A stretch of DNA of 64,000 bases from an uncultured Actinomycetes bacterium (GTDB taxonomy: Bacteria > Actinomycetota > Thermoleophilia > UBA2241): NCBI GenBank assembly GCA_963755025.1, contig CAVWIH010000028.1, positions 32,001-96,000 on the forward strand. Direction: 5' to 3'. The notes under the pieces were generated by a model that saw only the letters and a list, made by a program, of their open reading frames with translations, searched no databases and was not told the DNA's origin. Both the position numbers and the translations under genes were made by a program. Numbering within the stretch: position 1 is the first letter of the stretch; every line of letters begins with the position of its first letter. Below are positions 19,492-28,950 of this stretch, piece by piece.

Positions 19492-19657
19492 CGAAACGTC
19501 CACCGCCCCGGTGGGCGACGCCCCGTCGCTTCCTGTCCGGGGTGTATACCAAGTTGTAGACTGTTAAAGGAACCTATCTGTTCTGACGAAGAACAATCCG
19601 CCGGTTCGCTCCGTGTCCGGAGGGCGGCGAGGCGTCGGGGCGTTCAAGGAGGCTTCC

Positions 19658-21643
19658 ATGCGACGGCTTTTCAAATTTGTGTTCGGCCTTGCGATCGGCG
19701 CCGGTGCGACGCTGCTCGTCACGCCGAAGACCGGTCGCGAGGTGCGCGACATGCTGACCGGACCGCAGGTCCGCGGTCTCATGCCGACCCGCGTAGCCGA
19801 GCTCACGCGCCCGCGCGACGAAGCGCCGCCGTTCGAGCCCGCCTCCGCCGTGGCCGTGGCCGAGCCGGTCGTCGAGACCCCGCCCGAGCCGGTCGCCGAC
19901 GCCCGTGTCGAGCCCGAAGTGGTCGAACCGGTCGCCGAAGCCGAGCCCGAGGTCACAGAGCCGGTCGCCGAAGCCGAGCCCGAAGTGGCCGACGCTGAGC
20001 CGGTCGCCGAAGCCGAACCCGAAGTAGCCGACGCTGAGCCGGTCGCCGACGCTGAGCCTGTAGTGAGCGAGCCTGAGCTCGCCGCCGTGCCCGAGCCCGA
20101 AGTGGCCGAGCCGGTCGCCGAAGCCGAGCCCGAGGTCACAGAGCCGGTCGCCGAATCCGAACCCGAAGTGGCCGAGCCCGAGCTCGCCGTGGTCCCCGAG
20201 CCCGAAGTGGCTGAAGTGGCCGCTGGGGCCGAGCTTGCCGCCGTGGTCGAAGGCGACATGCCCGAGCCGGCCGCCGAGCAAGGACCCGACGCCGAAGAGT
20301 CCGCCGCCGACGCCCAGTCCGGTCTCGTCGCCGACGCCGGCGCCGGTCTGTTCACCGCCGCCGCGATCTTCGCGCCGCCGGTCGAGCCCGAAGCCCACGC
20401 CGCGCCCGCCGACGAAGCCCCGGTCGCCGTCGAGTCCGAGCCCGAAGCCGTTGCCGAAGCCCCGGTCGCACCCGAAGCCGAGGCTGACGAGGGCGACGAC
20501 CTGCGGACGCGCATCGAAGAGACCAGGACCGATGTGGTGAGCGAGATCCAGCGGCCCTTCCAGGCCGTCCCTGCGCCGCCGCTTGCCGAGGCCGCCGAAG
20601 CCGAGCCCGCCGCCGAAGCTGAACCGGTTCCCGAAGCCGAATCGGTCGCCGAGGCAGAGCCCGCCGAGGTCGCGCCGCTCCTGAGTGCTTCGGTCGCCGA
20701 GACGCACGACGACGCCCCTCAGCTCGAAGCCAAGCTGGGCGAGGCGCCCGGCGTGTCGAGCATCGACGCCGACGAGCTTGCTGCGCCCGCCGACGCCGGC
20801 GCGACGCCCGCCTTCACGTCCGCCATGACCGCCGACACGTCCGACGTGCCGACCGGCGCCCCCGAGTTCACTCCCGCCGTGACCATCCCCGGCGCGCCTC
20901 CTGCACCGTCGTCGGGCATGTGGGCCGCCGACCCGGTGCCCCCCACGTTCGAACCCGAGCTCGCCGAGGTGTCCGCACCCGATGCCGCGGCGTCCGAGGC
21001 CCCGACACCCGCCGCCGAAGTGGCCGAGCCAGTGGCCGAAGTAGCGACACCCGCAGCCGAGGTGGCCGAGCCCGCAGCCGAGGTGGCCGAGCCCGCAGCC
21101 GAGGTGGCCGAGCCTGGATTCGAAGTGCCCGAGCCCGTCGAGAGCGAAATCCCCGCGAGTCCAGTCGTGGCTGCCCAAGCGAGCCCCGACGACGCGACGC
21201 CGCCGCTTGCCGCAGCGCCGGTGGCCGATCACGTCGCCGACATCGCCGCCGGCGAGGCGTCAGTCGCCGATACCCCCGCGCCGGCCGAAGCGCTCGCCGA
21301 GGCGCCCGTCGACGACGCTCCCGCACCGGTCGAACCTGCGATCGCGGCCGTCGCGCCGGCGGCAGCCGAACCCGAGGCCGCTCCCGTTGCCGACGAGGCC
21401 GTAACGCCCGCCCCGCCTGCCGACGAGGCGCCGCAGGGCGTCGACCAGGCCGAGATGCGGCGTCGCATCGAGGAGACCCGCGCCCGGCTCAAGGCCAAGG
21501 CGTTCGACGCGATGATGAGTGGCGAGGCCGCCCTGCTGGCCCGCGACTCCGGCGAGAAGCCGGTGCCGCGCAACGCCGACGTGCCCGTCGACCACGAGAT
21601 CGCCGAGACTATCGACGAATCGCTCTCGCCCGACGACTACTGA
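19658..21643 (+). CDS. YtxH-type N-terminus plus very long acidic Ala/Pro/Glu-rich repeat region and C-terminal helical motif
   Basis: AAGGAGG ribosome-binding site. FVFGLAIGAGATLLVTPKTGREVR is a YtxH-like signature. Two RIEETR motifs. Confidence 0.8.
   Translation: MRRLFKFVFGLAIGAGATLLVTPKTGREVRDMLTGPQVRGLMPTRVAELTRPRDEAPPFEPASAVAVAEPVVETPPEPVADARVEPEVVEPVAEAEPEVTEPVAEAEPEVADAEPVAEAEPEVADAEPVADAEPVVSEPELAAVPEPEVAEPVAEAEPEVTEPVAESEPEVAEPELAVVPEPEVAEVAAGAELAAVVEGDMPEPAAEQGPDAEESAADAQSGLVADAGAGLFTAAAIFAPPVEPEAHAAPADEAPVAVESEPEAVAEAPVAPEAEADEGDDLRTRIEETRTDVVSEIQRPFQAVPAPPLAEAAEAEPAAEAEPVPEAESVAEAEPAEVAPLLSASVAETHDDAPQLEAKLGEAPGVSSIDADELAAPADAGATPAFTSAMTADTSDVPTGAPEFTPAVTIPGAPPAPSSGMWAADPVPPTFEPELAEVSAPDAAASEAPTPAAEVAEPVAEVATPAAEVAEPAAEVAEPAAEVAEPGFEVPEPVESEIPASPVVAAQASPDDATPPLAAAPVADHVADIAAGEASVADTPAPAEALAEAPVDDAPAPVEPAIAAVAPAAAEPEAAPVADEAVTPAPPADEAPQGVDQAEMRRRIEETRARLKAKAFDAMMSGEAALLARDSGEKPVPRNADVPVDHEIAETIDESLSPDDY
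19860..20215 (+). repeat. Intragenic tandem repeats of about 33 bp encoding EPVAEAEPEV(A/T)
   Basis: Repeated gagccggtcgccgaagccgagcccga. A second 21-bp array (gccgaggtggccgagcccgca, encoding AEVAEPA) lies at about 21010-21115. Confidence 0.85.
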
Positions 21644-21646
21644 TCC

Positions 21647-23488
21647 CTACTGATCCTCGGGCGTACGCCTGAGACGCCGATGACCGCGTGCGGGCGGGTC
21701 GCCGAAAGGCGGCCCGCCCGCCGCGCGTAGGTCGCCGGTCAGGGCGCGGCGGGCGCGCGCCGCATCGCGCACCCGCCGGCTGTGCAGCATCGTGTGACGC
21801 GGCCGCGGCCGCGGCTCGACCCTCAGGGGCGAGTGCAGCTCGTGGCCGAGCAGGGCCGCCGACGCCACCGAGACGATGGCGATGACGACCGCCGTCACCG
21901 GGATCGTCCTGGTCTCGAGCAGCAGGAAGAAGTACCACCAGACGCCCCACCCCAGATGCAACCGGCCGGCCAGAAACACGAGCGCCACCGCTACGACGGC
22001 CAGACCGCCCCACACCGGCAGGCGCGAGCGCGCCCACGAGCCCGGCCGGGCCAGCGGCCACAGCAGCGCCGCGGGCACGATCAAGGCCAGCGAGAACGGG
22101 TTGACCGGCAGCATGACGAGCGCCGCCACAAGGAGCGCGAGGTGCGTAGCGGCGACGACCGCCTGTGTGTCGGCGGGGTAGCGGCGCGCCAGCCGGCGCT
22201 CGATGGCCATCGCGTAGTGGTAGGCGAGCGCCAGGAACAGCAGGATCAGGACCACGCGCAGGTAGCGCGGCGCGTGGCTCACCGCCGCATCGGGGCTGAT
22301 CACTCCACCCAGGCTCCCGGGCAGTAGGTTCAGCAGGTTGGCCAGATAGACCAGCAGAAGCGTGAGCAGCCAGGGCGCCGCCCGCAGCGCCAGCCGCAGC
22401 AGGGCGTGGCTCAGCGGCAGGCGCCGTCGACGGGCGCGCACGACAAGGTCGACCGTGACGACGGCCAGCGGCATCAGGAGCACGACCATGATCCAGACCA
22501 CAAAGCCGCCCGACAGTTGCCGGAACCGCGAGAAGAAGACGGTGTTGCCGCTGCCCGAGAGCGGCAGCGCCGCGCCGTCGAGGCTGGTGATCATCGACTC
22601 GGTCGCGCGGCCCGTGCGGGCCAGGTTGTCGGTCGAGATCGAATCGATCGTGTCGGCGACCGCTGGCCGCGACGGGCCCGGCGCCGAGAGCTCGATGGCG
22701 GCGAGGCCCGCGGCCACGAACGGCGCCTGCTCGCCCCCGCCGCTGGGCAGCGCCAGGCGCAGGATCTGCGCGGTCACCGGCGGCAGGGGCGCGGTGAGCC
22801 CGCCCGCCGAGTGGCCCGCCGAGCGGGCGAGCGTCCACAGCCAGGCCGGCGCGAGCAGCGGGCGGGCGCTCCAGCCGTTCAAGGTCAGGGTGTGCGGGCC
22901 GCGCCCGGCGATCTTGCGCAGCGCCACGACGGCCATGACTGAAAGGTCGTGGTGCCGGGCGAGAAAGTCGTGCGCCCCGAGGGCCCCGCTGGCGTCGCCG
23001 TCGGTCGACACGAAGACGATGGCGTGGTCGTGCGCGGCGCCCGAGAACACTGCCGCGAGCTCCACCAGCGCGGCCGTGCCCGATGCGTCGTCGTTGGCGC
23101 CCTGCGTGGACCGCGGCGGGGAGTCGCGCGGCGCGAGCACCACGATGTCGCCCTCGGCGTCGCCCGGCGAGACCGCCCACACGTTCTGCAGGGTCACAGA
23201 GCGGCCCCCGACCGGCGCCCGGAAGGTGTCGACGTGGGTGGCGAGGCCGGCGCCGGCGAACTTCGCCGCGACCCACTGTCCGGCGTCGCGGTCGGCTGTC
23301 GAGCCGGCGACACGGCCTGGAAAGTCGCCGGCAATCGTCTTGAGAGCGGCCGCGGCGGCCGACCCGTTGAAGGCGGTCGGCTGGGTCGAGAGGGTGACCG
23401 CCTGCGGCGGTCGCAGCGCGAGCAGCGAAGCCGCGGCGAGGACGACGGCCACGATCAAGGCCACGCGGTAGAGCCTCAGGTCGGGCAT
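21647..23488 (-). CDS. M28 peptidase-fold integral membrane protein with degenerate metal site
   Basis: N-terminal TM, QNVWAV, GANDDASG, then several C-terminal TMs. The usual His and Glu ligands are replaced. Confidence 0.8.
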   Translation of the reverse strand: MPDLRLYRVALIVAVVLAAASLLALRPPQAVTLSTQPTAFNGSAAAAALKTIAGDFPGRVAGSTADRDAGQWVAAKFAGAGLATHVDTFRAPVGGRSVTLQNVWAVSPGDAEGDIVVLAPRDSPPRSTQGANDDASGTAALVELAAVFSGAAHDHAIVFVSTDGDASGALGAHDFLARHHDLSVMAVVALRKIAGRGPHTLTLNGWSARPLLAPAWLWTLARSAGHSAGGLTAPLPPVTAQILRLALPSGGGEQAPFVAAGLAAIELSAPGPSRPAVADTIDSISTDNLARTGRATESMITSLDGAALPLSGSGNTVFFSRFRQLSGGFVVWIMVVLLMPLAVVTVDLVVRARRRRLPLSHALLRLALRAAPWLLTLLLVYLANLLNLLPGSLGGVISPDAAVSHAPRYLRVVLILLFLALAYHYAMAIERRLARRYPADTQAVVAATHLALLVAALVMLPVNPFSLALIVPAALLWPLARPGSWARSRLPVWGGLAVVAVALVFLAGRLHLGWGVWWYFFLLLETRTIPVTAVVIAIVSVASAALLGHELHSPLRVEPRPRPRHTMLHSRRVRDAARARRALTGDLRAAGGPPFGDPPARGHRRLRRTPEDQ

Positions 23489-23571
23489 GGCCTCCCCTGT
23501 CATGTCCGCGTCGGTCGGGCAAGGTAAAGTGGCCCGCGACGCGGTCGCGTGCCACTCAGGGGATGGTACCA

Positions 23572-23611
23572 GAAAGAGGGCGGGGGGCGCTCGCGCCCCC
23601 CGCCCTCTTTT
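23572..23611 (-). terminator. Intrinsic terminator after trpB2 (potentially bidirectional)
   Basis: aaagagggcggggggcgc / gcgccccccgccctcttt with A/T flanks on both sides. Confidence 0.85.
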
Positions 23612-23635
23612 ACCTGCGTGCGACCGACGTTCGGC

Positions 23636-24994
23636 TTAGACCGACGGCACGTGCTCCATGGCGGCGTGGATGGCCTCTTCGGGGTGGTCGTAATCCTCGA
23701 GCTTGCCGGCGAGGTACTGCTCGTAGGCGCCGAGGTCGAGGTAGCCGTGACCGGTGAGGTTGAAGAGGATGGTCTTGGGCTCGCCCGTGGCCTTGGCGGC
23801 CAGGGCCTCGTCGATGGCGGCGAGGATGGCATGGGCCGACTCGGGCGCCGGCAGGATGCCCTCGTTCTGGGTGAAGAGCTGGGCCGCGGCGAAGACCTTG
23901 GTCTGCGGCACGGCGACGGCCTCCATCATGCCCAGGTGGTAGGCGTGGCTGATGAGCGGCCCCATGGCGTGGTAGCGCAGACCGCCGGCGTGGATGCCGG
24001 CCGGCATGAAGTCGTGCCCCAGCGTGTACATCTTGAGCAGCGGGGTCGTCTGGCCGACGTCGCCGAAGTCGTAGGTGAAGACGCCCTTGGTCAGCGACGG
24101 ACAGGCGGTCGGCTCGACGCCCACGAAGCGCGTCTTGGCCTTGCCGGCAAGCACCTCGCGCATGAACGGGAAGGCGATGCCGGCGAAGCTCGAGCCGCCA
24201 CCGACGCAGCCGATGACGACGTCGGGGTAGGCGTCGGCCGCGCCGACCTGCTCGATGGCCTCTTCGCCGATCACGGTCTGGTGCAGCAGCACGTGGTTGA
24301 GCACGCTGCCCAGGGCGTATTTGGAGCCGGGGTGACCGACGACGTCTTCGACGGCCTCGGAGATGGCCAGGCCGAGGCTGCCGTTGGTGTCGGGGTCTTC
24401 TTCGAGCGCCTTGCGGCCGGTCTCGGTGTGCGCGGTGGGGCTGGCGAAGACGGTGGCGCCGTTCAGCTCCATGAGCACGCGGCGGTACGGCTTTTGCTGG
24501 TAGCTGACCTTGACCATGTAGACGGTCAGGTCGAGGCCGAAGATCTGGCAGGCCATCGAGAGCGCGCTGCCCCACTGGCCGGCGCCGGTCTCGGTGGCCA
24601 GGCGCTTCACGCCGGCTTCACGGTTGTAATAGGCCTGCGGCACGGCGGTGTTGGACTTGTGCGAGCCCGAGGGGCTGACGCCCTCGTACTTGAAGAAGAT
24701 GCGCTGGTCGTCGCGCAGCCCGAGGGCCCGCTCGAGGCGGTCGGCGCGGATCAGCGGCGTCGGCCTCCAGATCTTGTAGATGTCGCGGATCTCGTCGGGG
24801 ATGTCGATGTAGCGCTCCATCGAGGCTTCCTGGGCGATGAGGCCCATGGGGAACAGCCCGGCAAGGTCGTCGGGACCGACAGGCTGGCCGGTGCCGGGAT
24901 GCAGCGCGGGCGCCGGCGGCTCGGGAAAGTCGGGCGCGATGTTGTACCAACGCCGCGGGATCCTCTCTTCGCCCAACAGGTTCTTCTTCTGCAT
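23636..24994 (-). CDS. trpB2: TrpB2-type tryptophan synthase beta / TrpB-like PLP enzyme
   Basis: WRPTPLIRA, KYEGVSPSGSHK (PLP lysine), TETGAGQWG, LGSVLNHV, IHAGGLRYH, APESAHA. AGGAGG ribosome-binding site. Confidence 0.95.
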   Translation of the reverse strand: MQKKNLLGEERIPRRWYNIAPDFPEPPAPALHPGTGQPVGPDDLAGLFPMGLIAQEASMERYIDIPDEIRDIYKIWRPTPLIRADRLERALGLRDDQRIFFKYEGVSPSGSHKSNTAVPQAYYNREAGVKRLATETGAGQWGSALSMACQIFGLDLTVYMVKVSYQQKPYRRVLMELNGATVFASPTAHTETGRKALEEDPDTNGSLGLAISEAVEDVVGHPGSKYALGSVLNHVLLHQTVIGEEAIEQVGAADAYPDVVIGCVGGGSSFAGIAFPFMREVLAGKAKTRFVGVEPTACPSLTKGVFTYDFGDVGQTTPLLKMYTLGHDFMPAGIHAGGLRYHAMGPLISHAYHLGMMEAVAVPQTKVFAAAQLFTQNEGILPAPESAHAILAAIDEALAAKATGEPKTILFNLTGHGYLDLGAYEQYLAGKLEDYDHPEEAIHAAMEHVPSV

Positions 24995-25145
24995 GACGCA
25001 CCTCCTTCTGACTGGAGCGGCCTGGGGGCCGGTCTGGTTCACGGTATCGCGGTATGCGAGGTCGCCGCTTTTCGGCAAGCCGAAAGCGCGGGCGGCAACT
25101 GGAGCGCGGCGGGCGGAGCCCGCAGAGGATGTCGGGAAGGGCGCG

Positions 25146-25193
25146 CTAGGCGCGCCAGAGCCAGACCAATGAGGTGGCGATGATCCCGTTCAC
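25146..25193 (-). CDS. Putative Trp-sensing leader peptide (MNGIIATSLVWLWRA)
   Basis: GTG AAC GGG ATC ATC GCC ACC TCA TTG GTC TGG CTC TGG CGC GCC TAG, about 150 nt upstream of trpB2 and just downstream of a TGgTAGTAT extended -10. Confidence 0.7.
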   Translation of the reverse strand: MNGIIATSLVWLWRA

Positions 25194-25316
25194 AGTGCTC
25201 GACATACTACCACGCGAGTCAAAGCTTCTCTACTCGCGTCGTTGCCCGTCGTTCATACTGGGCAAACGTGCTCGATCGGGCATGGCGTTCGACGGCGTGA
25301 CGAAAGGAGACGGCCG

Positions 25317-26132
25317 GTGAGAGTCGCCTGCGTCCAGATGAACTCACGGACCGACAAGGCCGCCAACGTGGCGGCGGCAGCCGACCTCGTGCGCCGCGCC
25401 GCGGCGGCCGGCGCCCGCCTGGTCGTGCTGCCCGAGACCTGGACCTTCAAGAACGGCCGCGCCGCGCTGGCGGCCGCCGCCGAGGCCGTCGACGGGCCGA
25501 GCAACAGCCTGCTGGCCGCGCTCGCCGCCGAGCTCGACGTCTACATCCTGGCCGGTTCGATCTACGAGACGAGCGCCAGGCCCGACCGCTTCGGCAACGC
25601 GAGCGTGCTCTTCGACCCCTCAGGCGCGCCGCTCGCCGTGTATCGCAAGATCCACCTCTTCGACGCGGTCGCCGGCGCCAAGGTCTACCGCGAGTCCGAC
25701 GACCTGCTGCCCGGCGACCGCCTGGTCACGGGCGACGTCGACGGCGTGCCGGTCGGCCTCACGATCTGCTACGACCTGCGGTTTCCCGAGCTCTACCGGG
25801 CGCTCGCGGTGCGCGGCGCGAAGATCATCGTGGTGCCCTCGGCCTTCACCGAAGCCACCGGCCGCGCCCACTGGGAGGTACTGCTGCGCGCCCGGGCGAT
25901 CGAGAATGGCTGTTTTGTGGTGGCCGCCGGGCAGTGGGGGGTGCACGGCGACGACCGGCGCTGCTACGGGCACAGCATGATCGTCGATCCGTGGGGCACG
26001 GTGCTGGCCGTCGCGGCCGACGGCGTGGGGCTGTGCGACGCCGAGCTCGACCTGAGCGCCGTCGACCGCGCGCGCGAGCAGCTCCCCGTGCTCGCGCACC
26101 GCCGCCCGCAGCTCTACGACAGCTGGGGGTAG
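25317..26132 (+). CDS. Carbon-nitrogen hydrolase (Nit1/deaminated glutathione amidase-like)
   Basis: Catalytic triad motifs VLPE, YRKIHLFD, ICYDLRFPE, plus RARAIEN and GHSMIVDPWG. Confidence 0.93.
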   Translation: MRVACVQMNSRTDKAANVAAAADLVRRAAAAGARLVVLPETWTFKNGRAALAAAAEAVDGPSNSLLAALAAELDVYILAGSIYETSARPDRFGNASVLFDPSGAPLAVYRKIHLFDAVAGAKVYRESDDLLPGDRLVTGDVDGVPVGLTICYDLRFPELYRALAVRGAKIIVVPSAFTEATGRAHWEVLLRARAIENGCFVVAAGQWGVHGDDRRCYGHSMIVDPWGTVLAVAADGVGLCDAELDLSAVDRAREQLPVLAHRRPQLYDSWG

Positions 26133-26168
26133 CGGCGCGACGGAGTCACGTCGCGCCGCAGGAGTGCG

Positions 26169-27044
26169 TCAGGCGGTGCGGTGCGCCCGCCGCCGCCACT
26201 CGAGCAGGGCGGCTACGACGAGACCGACGACCACGCCCACCAATACTCCGGTGGCGGCGTTGGTCTTGACCGACGTCGCCTGCGAGGTCGAGGGCGGCGC
26301 CGCGTGGGCGAGTATCGCGGGTGCTTCGACGCCCCGGGCCACCAGCAGCGTGAGCGAGTCGGTGCGCCTGTCGTCGAGCAAGGCCTGCTGCTCGCTCGCC
26401 GCCGACTGGACGATGCCCAGGTAGGGCGCCGCGGCCATGGCCTTGGTGGCGGCCGAGCCGCCGCCTGCGCCGATGGCGTCGAGGGCCTGCTGGGCCGCGG
26501 CGGTGCGCGCGGCGAGCTGCGCGATCTGCTTTGAGTCGCTCGCGACTTGCGCCGTGAGCAGGGCGACCTTGGCGTTGCCGTAGACGGCGAGTCGCTGCTC
26601 GATGAGCGCCGCGATGGCGTTGGCGGCGGCCGCGGCGCGGACCGGCTTGGTGTCGGTCACGCTGATGGTGACGATGTTGATGGGAGCGATGGCGGTCTTG
26701 GCGGCCAGCGGCGGCGCGGCGACGACGACGCCCTTGTGCAGGCGGACCACCGTCTCGCCCAGGCCGATCTGGGCGGCCACCCTGGCGTAGGTGCTCTCGG
26801 CCGTGCCGATCTGGATGGCGGCCCGGGGGTCGGTGTTCAGGCCGGTGACCGCCGCGCCGACGGCGTTGGTCGGCTGGCCGAGGTAGACAGAGCTCGTCGC
26901 CACGTAGGTCTTGGTATGGTGCAGGGTCACGCCGACGGCGACGACGCCACCCACGACGGCGAGCGCCACTACGATCCACCACCAGTGCAGAAGGCCGCGC
27001 AGGTAGTCGCCGAGATCGATGTCGTAGCGGTCGTCAGTGGTCAC
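26169..27044 (-). CDS. Polysaccharide chain-length determinant (Wzz/CpsC-like)
   Basis: IDLGDYLRGLLHWWWI N-terminus, two terminal TMs, central coiled coil. Confidence 0.8.
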   Translation of the reverse strand: MTTDDRYDIDLGDYLRGLLHWWWIVVALAVVGGVVAVGVTLHHTKTYVATSSVYLGQPTNAVGAAVTGLNTDPRAAIQIGTAESTYARVAAQIGLGETVVRLHKGVVVAAPPLAAKTAIAPINIVTISVTDTKPVRAAAAANAIAALIEQRLAVYGNAKVALLTAQVASDSKQIAQLAARTAAAQQALDAIGAGGGSAATKAMAAAPYLGIVQSAASEQQALLDDRRTDSLTLLVARGVEAPAILAHAAPPSTSQATSVKTNAATGVLVGVVVGLVVAALLEWRRRAHRTA

Positions 27045-27105
27045 CGTTGCCTCCGTCTGCGGGGCCTTGGGGCGGCGTGCGCGCCGACCCCAGCGAGGGA
27101 ATGGC

Positions 27106-28293
27106 TCACGCCCCACCGAGCGCCCGGCGTACCGCCGACGCTCGCTCGTGCAAGGCAATCATACACGCGGCCACGCGTTCGACCTCGGCGGCCGACAGGC
27201 GGCCGTAGGCGGGCAGCGTGAGGACCTCGTCGGCCAGGGCGGCGGTTTCGGGCAGGCGTTCCTCGAAGGCCGGGCCGGTGGCGGCGAAGGCTTGCGTGCG
27301 GTGGACCGGCGGCACGTAGTAGGCGCGCGTATCGATGCCTTCGGCAGCGAGCGCGGCGGCCACCTGGTCGCGGGTCAGGCCGAACTCGGCCGCGCGGATG
27401 CGCACCGAGAAGTCTTTGAACGACGAGCGGTCCTGCTCGCGGATGCGCTGGAAGCCGATGCCGGCGAGGTCGCCGAGCAGGCCTCGATAGACGGTCGCCA
27501 GGGCGTTGCGCCGTTCGGCTTCGGGCTCGAGGAGGGCGAGCCCCTTGAGGCCCAGCAGCGCGCTCGGTTCGGGCAGGCGGCCGTTGAACCCGACGAAGAG
27601 CGGGTCGTAGGTGCCGGGATTGCCGTACTCGCGGCCCACCACGACGCGCTGTGCGAGCTCGTCGTCGTCGGTCGCGACGACCCCTCCCTCGCCGGTGATC
27701 AGCAGCTTTGTGGGCGACGTGCTGAACACCTGCGCCAAGCCCTCGCGGCCCACCGGTGCGCCGTCGCGCAGGGCGCCGAAGCCGTGGGCCGCGTCGTAGA
27801 CGACGGCCACGCCGCGGCGCGCGGCCAGGGCGTCGAAGGCCGCGGTGTCGGCCGGGTCGCCAAAGAGATGCACCGGCGTGACGACGGCCGTCGCCGCGGT
27901 GAGCGCCGCCTCGGCGGCCACGGGGCTCAGGCACCAGGTGTCGGGGTCGATGTCGGCAAAGACCGGCCGCAGGCCGGCCCACACCGCGGCCATCGCGGTC
28001 GCCATGAAGGTGAAGCTCGGCAGGACGATGTCGGCGCCGCGGTAGCGGTCGAAGACGAGCATGAGCCCGGCCGTGCACGACGACACGCCCAGGGCGTGGC
28101 GCACGCCGAGGTGCTCGGCGAGGGCGCGCTCGTAGTCGACCAGGATGGGGCCCTTGGTGATCGTGCCCGAAGCGTAGGCCTCGCGCAGCCGGGGCTCGAG
28201 GTCGGCAAACGGCGGCAATGTGGGCCGCAGCAGGTGCAGATGGTCGGGAAAGGCGGCTGGGCCCCCGAGGATGGCGGGAGTTGACGCGGTCAT
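27106..28293 (-). CDS. DegT/DnrJ/EryC1/StrS-family sugar aminotransferase
   Basis: Motifs SSCTAGL, PSFTFMAT, YDAAHGFG, SPTKLLITGEGG. Confidence 0.93.
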   Translation of the reverse strand: MTASTPAILGGPAAFPDHLHLLRPTLPPFADLEPRLREAYASGTITKGPILVDYERALAEHLGVRHALGVSSCTAGLMLVFDRYRGADIVLPSFTFMATAMAAVWAGLRPVFADIDPDTWCLSPVAAEAALTAATAVVTPVHLFGDPADTAAFDALAARRGVAVVYDAAHGFGALRDGAPVGREGLAQVFSTSPTKLLITGEGGVVATDDDELAQRVVVGREYGNPGTYDPLFVGFNGRLPEPSALLGLKGLALLEPEAERRNALATVYRGLLGDLAGIGFQRIREQDRSSFKDFSVRIRAAEFGLTRDQVAAALAAEGIDTRAYYVPPVHRTQAFAATGPAFEERLPETAALADEVLTLPAYGRLSAAEVERVAACMIALHERASAVRRALGGA

Positions 28294-28302
28294 CGGGGCA
28301 TC

Positions 28303-28950
28303 CTACCGCACGCCGCCGTCGGGCGCGACGTCCTCAAGGAACTCCTGGGGCGCGTCGTTGCTCGAGCCGCGGCGCAGCAGGACCGTCGGGATCGTGCGCA
28401 GCACGATCATCAGGTCGGTGCGCAGGCTGATGGTCTCGACGTAGCGCTCGTCCCAGTCGAGCATCTCCGAGCGCCGCAGGCGGTTGCGGCCGTTGATCGC
28501 CACCAGGCAGGTCAATCCCGGCTTGACCTGCAGGATGCGGGCGAAGCGGTCGGGGTGCTGGGCGACGACGAACTCGACGTTGGGTCGCGGCCCCACGATG
28601 CTCATGTCGCCCTTGAGCACGTTCAGGAGCTGGGGCAGCTCGTCGAGGCTGAAGGCGCGCAGCCAGCGGCCGGCCCAGGTGATGCGGTCGTCGTCTTCTT
28701 CGACATAGAGTCCCGCGCCGTGCTCGACGGCGTCGGGGATCATGGAGCGGAACTTGTACATGCCGAACACGGCGCCGTCGCGCCCGACGCGGTCCTGCAC
28801 GAACAGCACGGGCCGGCCGCTCGTGAGGTACACCGTGGCGGCGAGGCCGGCGAGGAGCGGGGTGGCTAGCGCGCCGCCCACGCCGGCGGCGGCGAGATCG
28901 AACAGGCGCTTGCCGCGCCGCACGTAAAAGCCGGCCGGGGCGGGCGTCAT
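28303..28950 (-). CDS. Initiating phosphoglycosyl (sugar) transferase
   Basis: Motifs KRLFD, YKFRSM, SLDELPQLLNVLKGDMSIVGPRP, KPGLT. Confidence 0.95.
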   Translation of the reverse strand: MTPAPAGFYVRRGKRLFDLAAAGVGGALATPLLAGLAATVYLTSGRPVLFVQDRVGRDGAVFGMYKFRSMIPDAVEHGAGLYVEEDDDRITWAGRWLRAFSLDELPQLLNVLKGDMSIVGPRPNVEFVVAQHPDRFARILQVKPGLTCLVAINGRNRLRRSEMLDWDERYVETISLRTDLMIVLRTIPTVLLRRGSSNDAPQEFLEDVAPDGGVR

